Shown: piece by piece, positions 52,544 through 64,000 of the stretch
Layout: every line of letters starts with the position of its first letter
How positions within the stretch are numbered: position 1 is the first letter of the stretch
Origin: Alphaproteobacteria bacterium
GTDB taxonomy: Bacteria > Pseudomonadota > Alphaproteobacteria > Rhizobiales > Beijerinckiaceae
Length of the DNA: 64,000 nucleotides
NCBI GenBank assembly: GCA_016869555.1
Contig: VGDY01000003.1
Location: 2,206 to 66,205 of the forward strand
Reading direction: 5' to 3'
The notes under the pieces: model-generated
The model's input: only the letters and a program-made list of their open reading frames with translations
Database searches by the model: none
Told to the model about the DNA's origin: nothing
Program-made: the position numbers and the translations under genes

Positions 52544-53520
52544 GACGCCTCCATCGCTTGCCGAACGCCGTCGACGATGCGATCGACGCTGGGAATATAA
52601 TGCTTCTCCAATTTCGCGAGCGGCACGACGACGTCATAGCCGGTGACCCTCTTGATCGGGCCGAGCAGCGAGTAAAGCGCCCGCTCGGCGATCTCGGCGG
52701 CGATCTCGGCGCCAAATCCGGCCGTGCGCGGCGCTTCATGGACAATGACGCAGCGTCCGGTCTTTTCGACCGAGCGCAGGATCGTTTCAATATCGAGAGG
52801 CTTTAGCGTCGCGACATCGATCACGTCGATCGTCACGCCCTCTGCTTCGAGCTTATCGGCGGCGGCAAGCGTCTCCGGAACCATCGCGCCCCAGGTCACC
52901 ACCGTCGCGTCGGCGCCTTCCCGCAAGACGAAGCAGGCGTCGAGCGGCAGCTCCACGCCGTCGTCCGCCACGTCTTCTCGGAACAGGCGGTAGAGCCGCG
53001 TCGGTTCGAGAAAGACGACCGGATCGGGATCGCGCACCGCCGCCAGAAGCAGGCCGTAAGCCCGAGCGGGCGAAGACGGCGCGACGACGCGCAGCCCCGG
53101 CATATGGGCGAACATCGCCTCCGGGCTTTCCGAATGATGCTCAGGCGCGTGAATGCCGGCGCCGCAGGGCGAACGAAGGACCATCGGGCAGGTCATTCGC
53201 CCGCGCGTGCGATTGCGCAAGCGGGACGCGTGATTGATGATCTGATCGATGGCTGGATAGATGAAGCCGGAAAACTGAATTTCGGCGACGGGCTTCAGCC
53301 CCATCGCCGCCATGCCCACCGCGACCCCGGCGATGCCGCCTTCGGCCAGGGGCGTGTCGATGACCCGCGCGCGGCCGAAGCGCGCCTGCAAGCCGTTGGT
53401 GGCGCGAAACACGCCGCCATTGACGCCGATGTCCTCGCCAAGCAGCAGCACATCGTCGTCTTCGCTCATTGCGCGCCCGAGCGCGAGATTGACCGCTTCG
53501 ACCAAAGTGATTTCAGCCAT
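52540..53520 (-). CDS. 2-oxo-acid dehydrogenase E1 beta subunit, probably branched-chain
   Basis: GEDIGVNGGVFRAT, DTPLAE and EHHSES motifs. Confidence 0.92.
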   Translation of the reverse strand: MAEITLVEAVNLALGRAMSEDDDVLLLGEDIGVNGGVFRATNGLQARFGRARVIDTPLAEGGIAGVAVGMAAMGLKPVAEIQFSGFIYPAIDQIINHASRLRNRTRGRMTCPMVLRSPCGAGIHAPEHHSESPEAMFAHMPGLRVVAPSSPARAYGLLLAAVRDPDPVVFLEPTRLYRLFREDVADDGVELPLDACFVLREGADATVVTWGAMVPETLAAADKLEAEGVTIDVIDVATLKPLDIETILRSVEKTGRCVIVHEAPRTAGFGAEIAAEIAERALYSLLGPIKRVTGYDVVVPLAKLEKHYIPSVDRIVDGVRQAMEAS

Positions 53521-54610
53521 GGCCGTTCCCGCCGGTTTGTGCGAAGCGGCGCGCCTCTTCGCGTTGCCACTGCATGGACTCGGGGAGCCTCGCGTAAAGA
53601 TGCTCGAACATCGCGTCGACGCTAAGCGGCGAAGCGTTCAGATAAGCGGCCACTTCCCGATCGACCTCTTCCGCGCACGCCTTGAGAAGCTCGGCCTCCT
53701 GCTCCTTCGACCAGGCGCCTACGCTGACAAGATAGGAGCGCAACCGCGCGATCGGTTCGCGCGTCCACTGCGCGCGGACGATTTCGGGATCGCGATAGCG
53801 CGACGCGTCGTCGGCGGTGGTGTGATCGCCGAGACGATAGGTGAGCGCTTCAATCACCGTCGGTCCGCCGCCCGAGCGCGCCTTTTCGATCGCCCGGCGC
53901 ACGACTTCATGGACCGCGATCACGTCATTGCCGTCGACCTGTCGTCCTTCGATGCCGGCGGCGACCGCTTTTTGCGCGAGCGTTTCCGCCGCGCTCTCGA
54001 GTTCCCGCGGCGTCGATATCGCCCAGCCGTTGTTGTTGATGATGAAGACGACCGGCGTTTTCCACACGCCCGCCATGTTCAGCGCTTCGTAAAAGGCGCC
54101 ATTGGAGGTGCCGCCGTCGCCGATGAAGGTGACGACGACGCGATCCTCCTTGCGCATCATCAGCGCGTAAGCCGCGCCTACCGCATGCGGCGCCTGGGTG
54201 GCGACCGGCACGCAATTGGGAAAGTCGCCGCGCGCATGTTTGAAATCGCTGCCGCGCTCGTCGCCGCCCCAATAGAGCAGGCATTCCGACATCGACATGC
54301 CACGATAGAATTGCGCCGCGTGATCCCGATAGGACGGCACGAGCACGTCGCGTTCTTCCATCGCCGCGGCCGCACCGACGCCGATCGCCTCCTGGCCGAG
54401 CGCGGAAGCGAATGTGCCGAGCTGACCCGTACGCTGAAGACTGATCGCCTTATTGTCGAAGGTCCTGGTTCGCATCATCGCGCGATAGAAGCGGACGAGC
54501 CGGTCAATATCCTTCGCCGATGCGCTGGCCGCTTTGCTGATTTCGCCGTCCGGCGACAGCAGCTGGACGAAATCTACAGGGAGATCAAAACCCATCTCGA
54601 TGTTTCCCAT
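53513..54610 (-). CDS. 2-oxo-acid dehydrogenase E1 alpha subunit, probably branched-chain
   Basis: LQRTGQLG, GDGGTS...NN (TPP motif) and HTTADD; AGGAG RBS before ATG 54610. Confidence 0.92.
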   Translation of the reverse strand: MGNIEMGFDLPVDFVQLLSPDGEISKAASASAKDIDRLVRFYRAMMRTRTFDNKAISLQRTGQLGTFASALGQEAIGVGAAAAMEERDVLVPSYRDHAAQFYRGMSMSECLLYWGGDERGSDFKHARGDFPNCVPVATQAPHAVGAAYALMMRKEDRVVVTFIGDGGTSNGAFYEALNMAGVWKTPVVFIINNNGWAISTPRELESAAETLAQKAVAAGIEGRQVDGNDVIAVHEVVRRAIEKARSGGGPTVIEALTYRLGDHTTADDASRYRDPEIVRAQWTREPIARLRSYLVSVGAWSKEQEAELLKACAEEVDREVAAYLNASPLSVDAMFEHLYARLPESMQWQREEARRFAQTGGNGHG

Positions 54611-54829
54611 CGCCCCGCTCCTGATGAGCGAAGTAGCGCGGCGATGCGAGGCGTCACGGCGCCGCGACAACTTTTTTGCGATTTCGCGCCGCAGCGCGGC
54701 CTTGCTGCTGTCGACCCTGTCGCTGTCAAAGTTTTCTTCGGCCAATGCGTCACCGGATGTCGCTAGGCGCAAGTTGGAGACTTCACGATGAATATTGGGT
54801 GCGCCGGCGCTGCATCAGAAAAACTGACG

Positions 54830-56020
<1,191 letters not shown>

Positions 56021-56045
56021 GACAAGTTCCTCATCGGCTGGACCG

Positions 56046-57119
56046 TCAACTCTCCCAATGAGAATATGGCGACGAATTCCATTTTTTAAACGTCGGAAGC
56101 GGCGTCGCGTCGCCGGCGAGAATGTCTTCGACCGCTTCGTCGCTCACCGCGTCGAGCCTCTCCGGCGACCATTTCGGACGCCGGTCCTTGTCGATAATCG
56201 CGGCGCGAATGCCTTCATAAAGATCGTGAGTTCCGAGCATGCGGCACGCCGCCTTGAATTCATTGGTCAGAGAGGTTTCGAGAGCATCGGCCCGCATGGC
56301 GCGCTGGAGCAATGCGCGCGTCACCTTCAGCGCCGTCGGCGACTTCGATCTGATGTCCTCGGCCGCGCGCAAGGAGAATTCCGATCCCTCGCGCGCGAAG
56401 GCCGCGATCACGTCCGCGACCTTCTCATGCGCGGTCGCCTCAGCGAGCAATCGCCGGCAGGACGAAAGCGTGGAAGCCCCTGGTTGACGCGCAAAGCGCC
56501 GCAACGTCTCGTCGACGTCTTCGGCGCGCTCGATCGCGGAGAGTTCTTTGATCAGCCGCTCGATATCTCGCGAATCGATCGTGAGATCGGCAATATCTGC
56601 GTCGATGGCGTCGGCCGCCGTCACCGACGCCGCCGATAGCGCCATGTAGAGGCCGACCGCGCCCGCGCGGGAGAGAAGCCAGCTCGCGCCCACGTCGGGA
56701 AAGAAGCCGATGCCGACCTCCGGCATGGCGATCCGGCTCCGCTCCGTCACGATCCGCCGGTTGCCATGCGCGGAAATGCCGACGCCGCCGCCCATGACGA
56801 TCCCGTCCATGATCACGACATAGGGTTTGGGAAAGGCGGCGATGCGGGCGTTGAGTTCATATTCCTCGCGCCAGAAGTCGGCGAAACAGCGCTGTTGCGA
56901 GACTTCCAGCTCATAAAGAATTCTCACGTCGCCGCCGGCGCAAAGACCGCGATCGCCGGCGCCCGTGACGAGCACGGCGCCAACGCCGTCGTCGTTCCCA
57001 AATTCGTCGAGCGCGCGCCGAAATCCCCGCACCATCGGCAGCGTCAGCGTGTTGAGCGCCTGCGGCCGGTTGAGGAGAATGCGTCCGAGCCGGCCCGCGC
57101 GCGATGCGATGAGATCCAT
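56046..57119 (-). CDS. 3-hydroxyisobutyryl-CoA hydrolase (enoyl-CoA hydratase/isomerase family)
   Basis: LNRPQALN, CAGGD, MGGGVG, MPEVGIGFFPDVG and EGIRAAIIDKD motifs. Confidence 0.88.
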   Translation of the reverse strand: MDLIASRAGRLGRILLNRPQALNTLTLPMVRGFRRALDEFGNDDGVGAVLVTGAGDRGLCAGGDVRILYELEVSQQRCFADFWREEYELNARIAAFPKPYVVIMDGIVMGGGVGISAHGNRRIVTERSRIAMPEVGIGFFPDVGASWLLSRAGAVGLYMALSAASVTAADAIDADIADLTIDSRDIERLIKELSAIERAEDVDETLRRFARQPGASTLSSCRRLLAEATAHEKVADVIAAFAREGSEFSLRAAEDIRSKSPTALKVTRALLQRAMRADALETSLTNEFKAACRMLGTHDLYEGIRAAIIDKDRRPKWSPERLDAVSDEAVEDILAGDATPLPTFKKWNSSPYSHWES

Positions 57120-57122
57120 GGG

Positions 57123-58274
57123 CTACTTCAACAGCGAACGCGCGATGATGACGCGCATGATTTCATTGGTTCCTTCGAGAATCTGATGGACGCGCAGGTC
57201 ACGAACGATCTTTTCGATTCCATATTCGCTTAAGTAGCCATAGCCGCCGTGCAGCTGCAGCGCCTCATTGGCGACTGCGAAGCCGGCGTCGGTGACGACG
57301 CGCTTCGCCATCGCGCAGAGCGTCGAGGCGCCGGGTGCCTTGGCGTCAAGCGCCGCCGCCGCCCGCCACAGAAAGCTGCGCGAAACTTCAATCTGCGTGG
57401 CCATGTCGGCGAGCCGGAACTGCAGCGCCTGGAATTCATCGAGCGTCTGTCCGAACGCCTTGCGCGTACTCATATAGCGCAGCGTGTGGTCGAAGGCCGA
57501 CTGCGCGCCGCCGAGCGAGCAGCCGGCGATGTTCAGCCGGCCGCCGTCGAGCGCCGCCATCGCGATCTTGAATCCATCGCCCTCCTGTCCGATCAGATTT
57601 TTTGCGGGCACACGGCAATCGTCGAAGATGACGGCGCGCGTCGGCTGGGCGTTCCATCCCATCTTTCGCTCGAGCGCGCCGAAGCTCAACCCCGGCGTTC
57701 CGCCTTCGACGATAAACGCCGATATGCCTTTCGAGCCCGGTTCGCCGGTCCGCGCCATGACGATGTAGAGATGATCGTCGCCGCCCGCGCCGGCGCCCGA
57801 AATGAACTGTTTCGCGCCGCTCAAAACATAGTGATCGCCATGACGCTTCGCATGCGCGCGCAGCGCCGCCGCGTCCGATCCGCTGCCGGACTCCGTCAGG
57901 CAGTAGCTCGATAGCGCCTCCATCGTCACGAGCCTTGGCATAAATTTGTCGATCTGCCGCTCGCTCCCGAAAGCGTCGATCAGGCTCGCGCACATGTTGT
58001 GAATCGAAAGATAGGCGGCGATCGTCGGACAGCCCATCGCCAGAGCCTCGAAAATCAGCACGCCGTCGAAACGCGTCAGTCCGGCGCCGCCCGACGCCTC
58101 TCGCACATTGATTGCCGCCATGCCCAGCGCCGCGGCGTCGCGCAGCGCATCTACAGGGAAGACATGCTCGCGGTCCCAGTCGAGCGCGAAGGGCGCGAGG
58201 CGGTCGCGTCCAAAGTCTCGCGCCATCTCGAGGATGGCCTCCTGCTCGGCGCTCAATTCAAAATAGGATGACAT
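57123..58274 (-). CDS. Isobutyryl-CoA dehydrogenase (acyl-CoA dehydrogenase)
   Basis: YLSIHNM, YCLTESGSGSDA, KMGWNAQPT and RVHQILEGTNEIM motifs; start reset to 58274. Confidence 0.9.
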   Translation of the reverse strand: MSSYFELSAEQEAILEMARDFGRDRLAPFALDWDREHVFPVDALRDAAALGMAAINVREASGGAGLTRFDGVLIFEALAMGCPTIAAYLSIHNMCASLIDAFGSERQIDKFMPRLVTMEALSSYCLTESGSGSDAAALRAHAKRHGDHYVLSGAKQFISGAGAGGDDHLYIVMARTGEPGSKGISAFIVEGGTPGLSFGALERKMGWNAQPTRAVIFDDCRVPAKNLIGQEGDGFKIAMAALDGGRLNIAGCSLGGAQSAFDHTLRYMSTRKAFGQTLDEFQALQFRLADMATQIEVSRSFLWRAAAALDAKAPGASTLCAMAKRVVTDAGFAVANEALQLHGGYGYLSEYGIEKIVRDLRVHQILEGTNEIMRVIIARSLLK

Positions 58275-58344
58275 GTCGCCGTTCACCGCAATGGTTGAGT
58301 TAAATCTGTCGCGGCGCGGCTCTTTGACAAGCTGTCGGAGTTCA

Positions 58345-59262
58345 TCACGCGTCGGCCGGACGGCGGCGATTTGCGCCATAGGCCTGGGCCACGCGGCTCG
58401 CGGGCGCCCGATCGAGCTGCGCGCAGGCGAAAGCGCCCGCCGCCAACAGGCGATCGAGCGACACGCCGGTTTCAATGTCCATCCGCTGCAGCATATAGAC
58501 AACATCCTCGGTCGCGACATTGCCGGCGGCGCCCGGCGCGAAGGGACAGCCGCCGAGGCCCGCGACCGAACTGTCGATGATAGAGACGCCGGTTTCGAGG
58601 CAGGCGAATATATTGGCGAGCGCCTGTCCATAGGTATCGTGAAAATGCACCGCGATCTTGTCGAGCGGCGCGATCCGCGCCACGCGTTCGACCAGTCGTC
58701 GCGCTTGCAGCGGCGCGCCGACGCCGATCGTATCGCCGAGCGAGACTTCAAAACATCCCATTTCCAGCAGCCCGCCGGCGACCGAGGCGACTGCGGCGCC
58801 ATCAATCGCGCCTTCGTAAGGACAGCCCAACACGCAGGACACATAGCCGCGCGCCACGACGCCGTGACGGCGCGCCTCCGCGACGACTTCGGCGTATCGT
58901 TCAAGGCTTTCCTCGATCGAGCAATTGATATTGCGTTTGGAGAAGATCTCGGAGGCGGAAGCGAATACGGCGATCTCCTCAGCTCCGGCCGCTATGGCGT
59001 CGGCGAGTCCGCGAAGGTTTGGAACGAGCACGGCGAGTCGCAGATTATGCTTCGAAACAAGCGCGAGCGTTTGGTCGGTATGCGCCATTTGCGGCACGGC
59101 TGTCGCCGAGACGAAGCTGCCGGCTTCGATCCGCGTCAACCCCGCCGCCGCGAGTCGATCGATGAGTTCAGCCCTTACCTGCGGCGACAGCGTCAACTTT
59201 TCGTTCTGCAGACCATCGCGCGGGCCGACTTCAACGATGCTGACGCTGGAGGGGACGCTCAT
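58345..59262 (-). CDS. hmgL: Hydroxymethylglutaryl-CoA lyase
   Basis: EVGPRDGLQNE, HFHDTYG and GLGGCPFAPGA motifs (liuE equivalent). Confidence 0.95.
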   Translation of the reverse strand: MSVPSSVSIVEVGPRDGLQNEKLTLSPQVRAELIDRLAAAGLTRIEAGSFVSATAVPQMAHTDQTLALVSKHNLRLAVLVPNLRGLADAIAAGAEEIAVFASASEIFSKRNINCSIEESLERYAEVVAEARRHGVVARGYVSCVLGCPYEGAIDGAAVASVAGGLLEMGCFEVSLGDTIGVGAPLQARRLVERVARIAPLDKIAVHFHDTYGQALANIFACLETGVSIIDSSVAGLGGCPFAPGAAGNVATEDVVYMLQRMDIETGVSLDRLLAAGAFACAQLDRAPASRVAQAYGANRRRPADA

Positions 59263-61265
59263 GCGCCGTCCTTTCGCGCCAGCATAACGAGTTCCGCGCC
59301 TTCCTTCGCCATGTCGCCCGCTGCGCAGGCGACGCTCTTGACGGCGCCGTCATACGGCGCAGCCAAGGCGATTTCCATCTTCATCGCCTCCAGAACCACG
59401 AGCGTCTGCCCCTTGCTAACCGCTTCGCCCGGCTTCACCAGGACTCGGATGACGGTCGCCGGCATCGGCGCAAGCACGCGTTCGCCGGACGGTTCCTGGC
59501 CCTGCCAGGACGTCGCTGTTTGCAGCCATTTCAGGAGATAATTCCGCCCGCGCAGAATGACGACGATCCCATCGTCCAGAGCGACCGTCGCGGCCTCATG
59601 CTTCACGCCGTCAACAAGCAGAAACGGGCGATCGCCCGTCTTGTAAACTTCCACCGATGTCACGACTCCGCCAAAACTCAGGGAAAAGCCGCTCTCCGTC
59701 GGGCGCAGAATTTGCGCGGCGAGCGTTCGGCCCGCCTGCGTCACAGCGAATTCGTAGCCGGCGGGTTCATAAAGCCGCCATGCGTCGGTTTCGGCCCAGG
59801 GCGACCAAGCGTCGCCGACCGCTCTGCTCGCTTCTTGCGCATCGCGCCGAACATCGGCCAAGAAAATTGACGCCGCCGCCGCAACAAGAACGCGGTCCAA
59901 ATCCAAGTTCGCCTCGGCGGAAACGATCAGAGCGTCGATATTGTTCGTGACGAATTCCGTGTCGTAATCGCCGCGCGCCATTGCGTCGCTCCTGGAGATC
60001 GCTCGCAGCAGATCGAGATTGGTCGCGACGCCGACGATCTCGACTTCTTCGAGGGCGGATTGCAGGCGAGAAAGCGCCTCTTCGCGACCCTCGCCGAAGA
60101 CGATCAGCTTCGCCAGGAGCGAGTCATAATAGGGCGTGACGCGGTCGCCGGCGCGAACGCCGGAATCGATGCGCAGGAAGGGCGCGCGCCGCGGCGTGCG
60201 AAAGTGAACGATCTCGCCGGTGGACGGCATGAATCCGCGCGAGGGATCTTCGGCGCAAAGTCGCGCCTCGATCGCGCAGCCGCTCATCCTCAGATCGTCT
60301 TGAGTCAAGGGAAGCGGCGCGCCGCAGGCGACGCGCAGCTGCCATTCGACGAGGTCCTGGCTCGAAACCATCTCGGTGACGGGATGTTCGACCTGCAGCC
60401 GCGTATTCATTTCGAGAAAGTAGAAATGATCGTCGCCGACCAGAAATTCGACCGTGCCGGCGCCGACATAGCCGGCCGCGCGCGCCGCTCGGATCGCGGC
60501 CTCGCTCATCCGTGCGCGCAGAGACGGCGACAGCCCGGGCGCCGGCGTTTCTTCGATGATCTTTTGGCGCCGACGCTGCAGGGAGCAGTCGCGCTCGAAA
60601 AAGGATATGACGGCGCCCTGCATGTCCGCGAAGATTTGAATCTCCACATGCTTGTAGCCGGAGAAATATTTTTCAATGAACAGCGCATCGTCGCCGAAGG
60701 CGGCGCGCGCCTCGCGCCGGGCGCTTTCGATCGCCGCCGGCAATTCTTCAGCCGCTTGGACGATGCGCATGCCCCTGCCGCCGCCGCCGACCGCCGCCTT
60801 CACCAGCAGCGGAAAACCGATGGCGCGCGCCGCTTCGATGAGTTCAGCGTCATCGCCGCCGCCCGAACCGGGCGCGACGGGCGTCCCTGCCCGCATCATC
60901 GTGGCCTTGGCTTCGCTCTTCGACCCGAGAAGCCGCATCGCGCCAGGGGGCGGACCAACGAAGATCCGCCCATTCGCCGCGCAGCTTTCGGCGAAATCGG
61001 CGTTCTCGGAAAGAAAACCATAGCCGGGATGTATCGCGTCCGCCCCCGAACGCTTCGCGACGCCGATGATCTTCTCGATCGACAGATAGCTGTCGCGCGC
61101 CGGCGCCGGACCGAGGAAATATGCCTCATCCGCAAGCTCGACATGCAGCGCATGCGAGTCGGCCTCGGAATAGACGGCGACGGTCGCGACGCCCAGTCTT
61201 TTGGCGGTTCGGATGATTCGGCAAGCGATCTCGCCGCGGTTCGCGATGAGGAGCTTGCGCATCAT
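59259..61265 (-). CDS. liuD: 3-methylcrotonyl-CoA carboxylase biotin-containing subunit
   Basis: KLLIANRGEIA, HPGYGFLSEN, EMNTRLQVEHP and EAMKM biotin motif; start reset to 61265. Confidence 0.9.
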   Translation of the reverse strand: MMRKLLIANRGEIACRIIRTAKRLGVATVAVYSEADSHALHVELADEAYFLGPAPARDSYLSIEKIIGVAKRSGADAIHPGYGFLSENADFAESCAANGRIFVGPPPGAMRLLGSKSEAKATMMRAGTPVAPGSGGGDDAELIEAARAIGFPLLVKAAVGGGGRGMRIVQAAEELPAAIESARREARAAFGDDALFIEKYFSGYKHVEIQIFADMQGAVISFFERDCSLQRRRQKIIEETPAPGLSPSLRARMSEAAIRAARAAGYVGAGTVEFLVGDDHFYFLEMNTRLQVEHPVTEMVSSQDLVEWQLRVACGAPLPLTQDDLRMSGCAIEARLCAEDPSRGFMPSTGEIVHFRTPRRAPFLRIDSGVRAGDRVTPYYDSLLAKLIVFGEGREEALSRLQSALEEVEIVGVATNLDLLRAISRSDAMARGDYDTEFVTNNIDALIVSAEANLDLDRVLVAAAASIFLADVRRDAQEASRAVGDAWSPWAETDAWRLYEPAGYEFAVTQAGRTLAAQILRPTESGFSLSFGGVVTSVEVYKTGDRPFLLVDGVKHEAATVALDDGIVVILRGRNYLLKWLQTATSWQGQEPSGERVLAPMPATVIRVLVKPGEAVSKGQTLVVLEAMKMEIALAAPYDGAVKSVACAAGDMAKEGAELVMLARKDGA

Positions 61266-61266
61266 C

Positions 61267-62055
61267 TCAATCGGCCGCGATCCAGCCTGGCGGCCGTTTT
61301 TCGAGAAAGGCGGAAAGGCCTTCCTGCGCCTCAGCGCTCGATCTTCGCGCGGCAAGACGATGCGCCGCCTCGCGCAGGAGTTCCGCCTCGACGCCGCGGC
61401 CGTCGCATTCCGCAAAGAAGGCCTTCGCGTCCGCCTGCGCATCCGGCGCGCCGCGCAGCAATTCGGCGACAATCGCCGCATGCGCCAGGCCGACCTCCAA
61501 CCTTGGCGTTACGCGATGAACGAGACCGAGCCTTTGCGCCTCGCCCGCCGAGAACCGCTCCGCCGTCAAGGCATATCGGCGCAGCTGGCGCAGTCCTATC
61601 GCGCGAATGAGAAAAGGCGCGACGATCGCCGGCAGCAGCCCAAGCCGCACCTCGCCGAGCGAGAACGACGCGTCATCGGCGGCGATCACGATATCGCAGC
61701 AGGCGAGCAGGCCGACGCCGCCGCCAACGACCACGCCCTTGGCCAGGGCGATCGTTGGCTTCGGCACAGTGTCTACAACCTGCAGCATGCGCGCGAGCGC
61801 CAGGGCGTCCTGCTCATTCGCGTATGACGAACTCTGGGCGACCCGGATCATCGTGCCGATGTCGCCGCCGGCACAAAAATAGTCGCCGGCGCCCTCAATG
61901 GTGATGATTCGAACGTCGGCGCGCGCATCCAGGGATTCGACGGCGTCCTTGAGCAGGCCGATGAGTTCGGAGTCGAGCGCGTTGCGCTTCTCTGGCCGAT
62001 TGAGCGTCAAAGTCGCCACGCCCTTGGCGTCAATCGATTGCAGGAGAGCTGTCAT
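61267..62055 (-). CDS. liuC: 3-methylglutaconyl-CoA hydratase
   Basis: Crotonase motifs FCAGGD, GGGVGL and EVRLGLLPA; lies between the MCC subunits. Confidence 0.85.
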   Translation of the reverse strand: MTALLQSIDAKGVATLTLNRPEKRNALDSELIGLLKDAVESLDARADVRIITIEGAGDYFCAGGDIGTMIRVAQSSSYANEQDALALARMLQVVDTVPKPTIALAKGVVVGGGVGLLACCDIVIAADDASFSLGEVRLGLLPAIVAPFLIRAIGLRQLRRYALTAERFSAGEAQRLGLVHRVTPRLEVGLAHAAIVAELLRGAPDAQADAKAFFAECDGRGVEAELLREAAHRLAARRSSAEAQEGLSAFLEKRPPGWIAAD

Positions 62056-62065
62056 AAAAGGTCGC

Positions 62066-63673
62066 TCACATACGAAATAGGCCGAAACGCGTTTCTTCGA
62101 TCGGCGCCTTCAGCGCGAAAGATAGCGCGAGAGCGACCGTTCGTCTCGTATCGAGCGGATCGATGACGCCGTCGTCCCAAAGCCGCGCGCTCGAATAGAG
62201 CGGCAGGCTCTGGCGCTCATATTGCTCGCGAATCGGGCGCGCGAATTCTTCCTCCTCGCCGACCGAAAAAACCTCCCGCCGCTTCTCCATGGCTTCGCGC
62301 CTGACGCGGATCAGCACGCTCGCCGCCTGTTCTCCGCCCATCACGCCGATCCGCGCGCCCGGCCACATCCACAGGAATCGCGGCGAATAGGCGCGTCCGC
62401 ACATCGCGTAATTGCCGGCGCCAAAACTGCCGCCGACAATGATCGAGAGCTTCGGAACCGCGGCCGTCGCCACCGCCGTCACCATTTTCGCCCCTTCCTT
62501 GGCGACGCCGGCGCTTTCATATTTCGCGCCGACGATGAAGCCAGTGGTGTTGTGCAAGAACAGCAGCGGCGTTTTGCGTCGCGCGCAAAGTTCGATGAAA
62601 TGCGCGCCCTTCTGGGCGCTCTCGGGAAACAGGACGCCGTTGTTGGCGATGATCCCGACGGGATAGCCATGGATGTGGGCGAAGCCCGTCACCAGCGACG
62701 AGCCGTAGAGCTTGCGGAATTCGTCGAAGTCGCTGGCGTCGACAAGGCGCGCGATCACTTCGCGTATATCAAACTGCTTGCGCGGGTCTTGCGGCAGCAG
62801 GCCATAGATTTCGGCGGGGTCGTAGTAAGGCTCGGCAGGCTGTCTCACCGCAACCTTTGTAGTCCCGGCAGGTCCGAGATTGCCGACGATGTCCCGCGCG
62901 ATCCGCAGCGCATGCGCGTCATTCTCGGCGCAATGATCGGCGACGCCGGAGCGGCGGCAGTGTACGTCCGCGCCGCCGAGCTCCTCGGCGCTGACGACCT
63001 CGCCGGTCGCCGCCTTGACCAGCGGCGGCCCGGCCAGAAATATCGCGCCTTGATTGCGGACGATGATGGTTTCGTCGGACATCGCCGGCACATAGGCGCC
63101 GCCGGCCGTGCATGAGCCCATGACCACCGCGATCTGCGCAATGCCGCGCGACGACATCGTCGCCTGATTGTAGAAGATGCGGCCGAAATGATCCCGGTCG
63201 GGAAATACGTCCTCCTGGCTCGTCAGATTGGCGCCGCCGGAGTCGAGCAAATAAAGGCAGGGCAAATCGTTCTGAGCCGCAATCTCCTGCGCGCGAAGAT
63301 GTTTCTTCACGGTCAGGGGAAAATAGACGCCGCCTTTGACCGTGGCGTCATTGGCCACGATCATGCATTCGCGCCCGCGCACCCGCCCGATGCCGGCGAC
63401 GACTCCGGCCGCCGCGACGCGCCCGTCATACATGCCGCAAGCGGCGAATGGCGCGATTTCGAGAAAGGGCGATAGGGGATCGATAAGTGCGTCGATGCGC
63501 TGACGCGCCAGCATTTTCCCGCGTGCAAGATGGCGCTGCCGCGCCGCCGCGTCGCCGCCGAGGCGAATCTCCCCCGCGATCCGTTTCAGCTCCGCGACCC
63601 GCGCGGCCATGACCTGGAAATTCTTCGCGTAAACCGCGTCTTTCGAGTTCACGAGGCTGTCGAGGCGGGGCAT
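62066..63673 (-). CDS. liuB: 3-methylcrotonyl-CoA carboxylase carboxyltransferase subunit
   Basis: [27 protein letters not shown] and ARLWDDG motifs; start reset to 63673. Confidence 0.93.
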   Translation of the reverse strand: MPRLDSLVNSKDAVYAKNFQVMAARVAELKRIAGEIRLGGDAAARQRHLARGKMLARQRIDALIDPLSPFLEIAPFAACGMYDGRVAAAGVVAGIGRVRGRECMIVANDATVKGGVYFPLTVKKHLRAQEIAAQNDLPCLYLLDSGGANLTSQEDVFPDRDHFGRIFYNQATMSSRGIAQIAVVMGSCTAGGAYVPAMSDETIIVRNQGAIFLAGPPLVKAATGEVVSAEELGGADVHCRRSGVADHCAENDAHALRIARDIVGNLGPAGTTKVAVRQPAEPYYDPAEIYGLLPQDPRKQFDIREVIARLVDASDFDEFRKLYGSSLVTGFAHIHGYPVGIIANNGVLFPESAQKGAHFIELCARRKTPLLFLHNTTGFIVGAKYESAGVAKEGAKMVTAVATAAVPKLSIIVGGSFGAGNYAMCGRAYSPRFLWMWPGARIGVMGGEQAASVLIRVRREAMEKRREVFSVGEEEEFARPIREQYERQSLPLYSSARLWDDGVIDPLDTRRTVALALSFALKAPIEETRFGLFRM

Positions 63674-63689
63674 GTGTTCGATCCAAAAA

Positions 63690-64000
63690 TCAGGCCGTTT
63701 CCTCAAAGAGTTCGCGCCCGATCAACATGCGCCGGATTTCGCTCGTTCCGGCGCCAATCTCGTAAAGCTTGGCGTCGCGCAGCAATCTGCCCGTCGGATA
63801 GTCGTTCATATAGCCATTGCCGCCGAGGCATTGAATCGCCTCCAGCGCCATCCATGTCGCGCGCTCGGCCGCGAATAATATTGCGCTCGCCGCGTCCTTT
63901 CGCGTCACGCGGCCGCGATCGCAGGCCTTGGCCACGGCGTAGACATAGGCGCGCGTCGCCATGACCGCGGTATACATGTCGGCGAGCTTTCCCTGCATCA
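63690..64000 (-). CDS. ivd: Isovaleryl-CoA dehydrogenase, 3' part
   Basis: [14 protein letters not shown] and [24 protein letters not shown] motifs (liuA); truncated by the window edge. Confidence 0.92.
   Translation of the reverse strand, partial: MQGKLADMYTAVMATRAYVYAVAKACDRGRVTRKDAASAILFAAERATWMALEAIQCLGGNGYMNDYPTGRLLRDAKLYEIGAGTSEIRRMLIGRELFEETA

Noticed and set aside
57123-58904. Apparent 593-aa acyl-CoA dehydrogenase with a novel N-terminal domain
   Set aside because: The extension is an alternative frame over hmgL; homology starts at Met 58274.

Overview
High-GC alphaproteobacterial window. Gene content and intergenic repeats point to Hyphomicrobiales; it resembles Methylocystaceae, but that is inference only. 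Left to right: (1) 0-9.4 kb: uncharacterised cluster of a patatin-like gene start, two HupE/UreJ-type proteins, a GMC oxidoreductase, a secreted 872-aa di-heme (2x CxxCH) RoxA/CCP-MauG-like protein, a DUF4331-type protein and a divergent TPR protein. (2) murI, a vapBC-type toxin-antitoxin pair, and the rimP-nusA-ylxR-infB-rbfA-truB operon. (3) 18.5-31.2 kb: capsule/rhamnan locus (GT2, two KpsE-like proteins, KpsT, RgpF-WsaF-like fusion, rmlBCDA). (4) 31.3-37.2 kb: an orphan ORF, then an AT-richer pair of a membrane-anchored TIR protein and a SLOG plus double-SLATT-type protein. This is a candidate Thoeris-like nucleotide-signalling defence system. The TIR gene's TAG splits an apparent 4-Cys C-terminal domain, and the frame stays open 70 codons further. 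(5) ppsA, a Ca2+/H+ exchanger, a DUF992 protein and a second DUF4331 protein. (6) 44-64 kb: a compact Phe/Tyr and Val/Leu catabolic gene block. No rRNA, tRNA, CRISPR array or transposase was recognised. All family calls come from motif recognition by eye; no searches were run.
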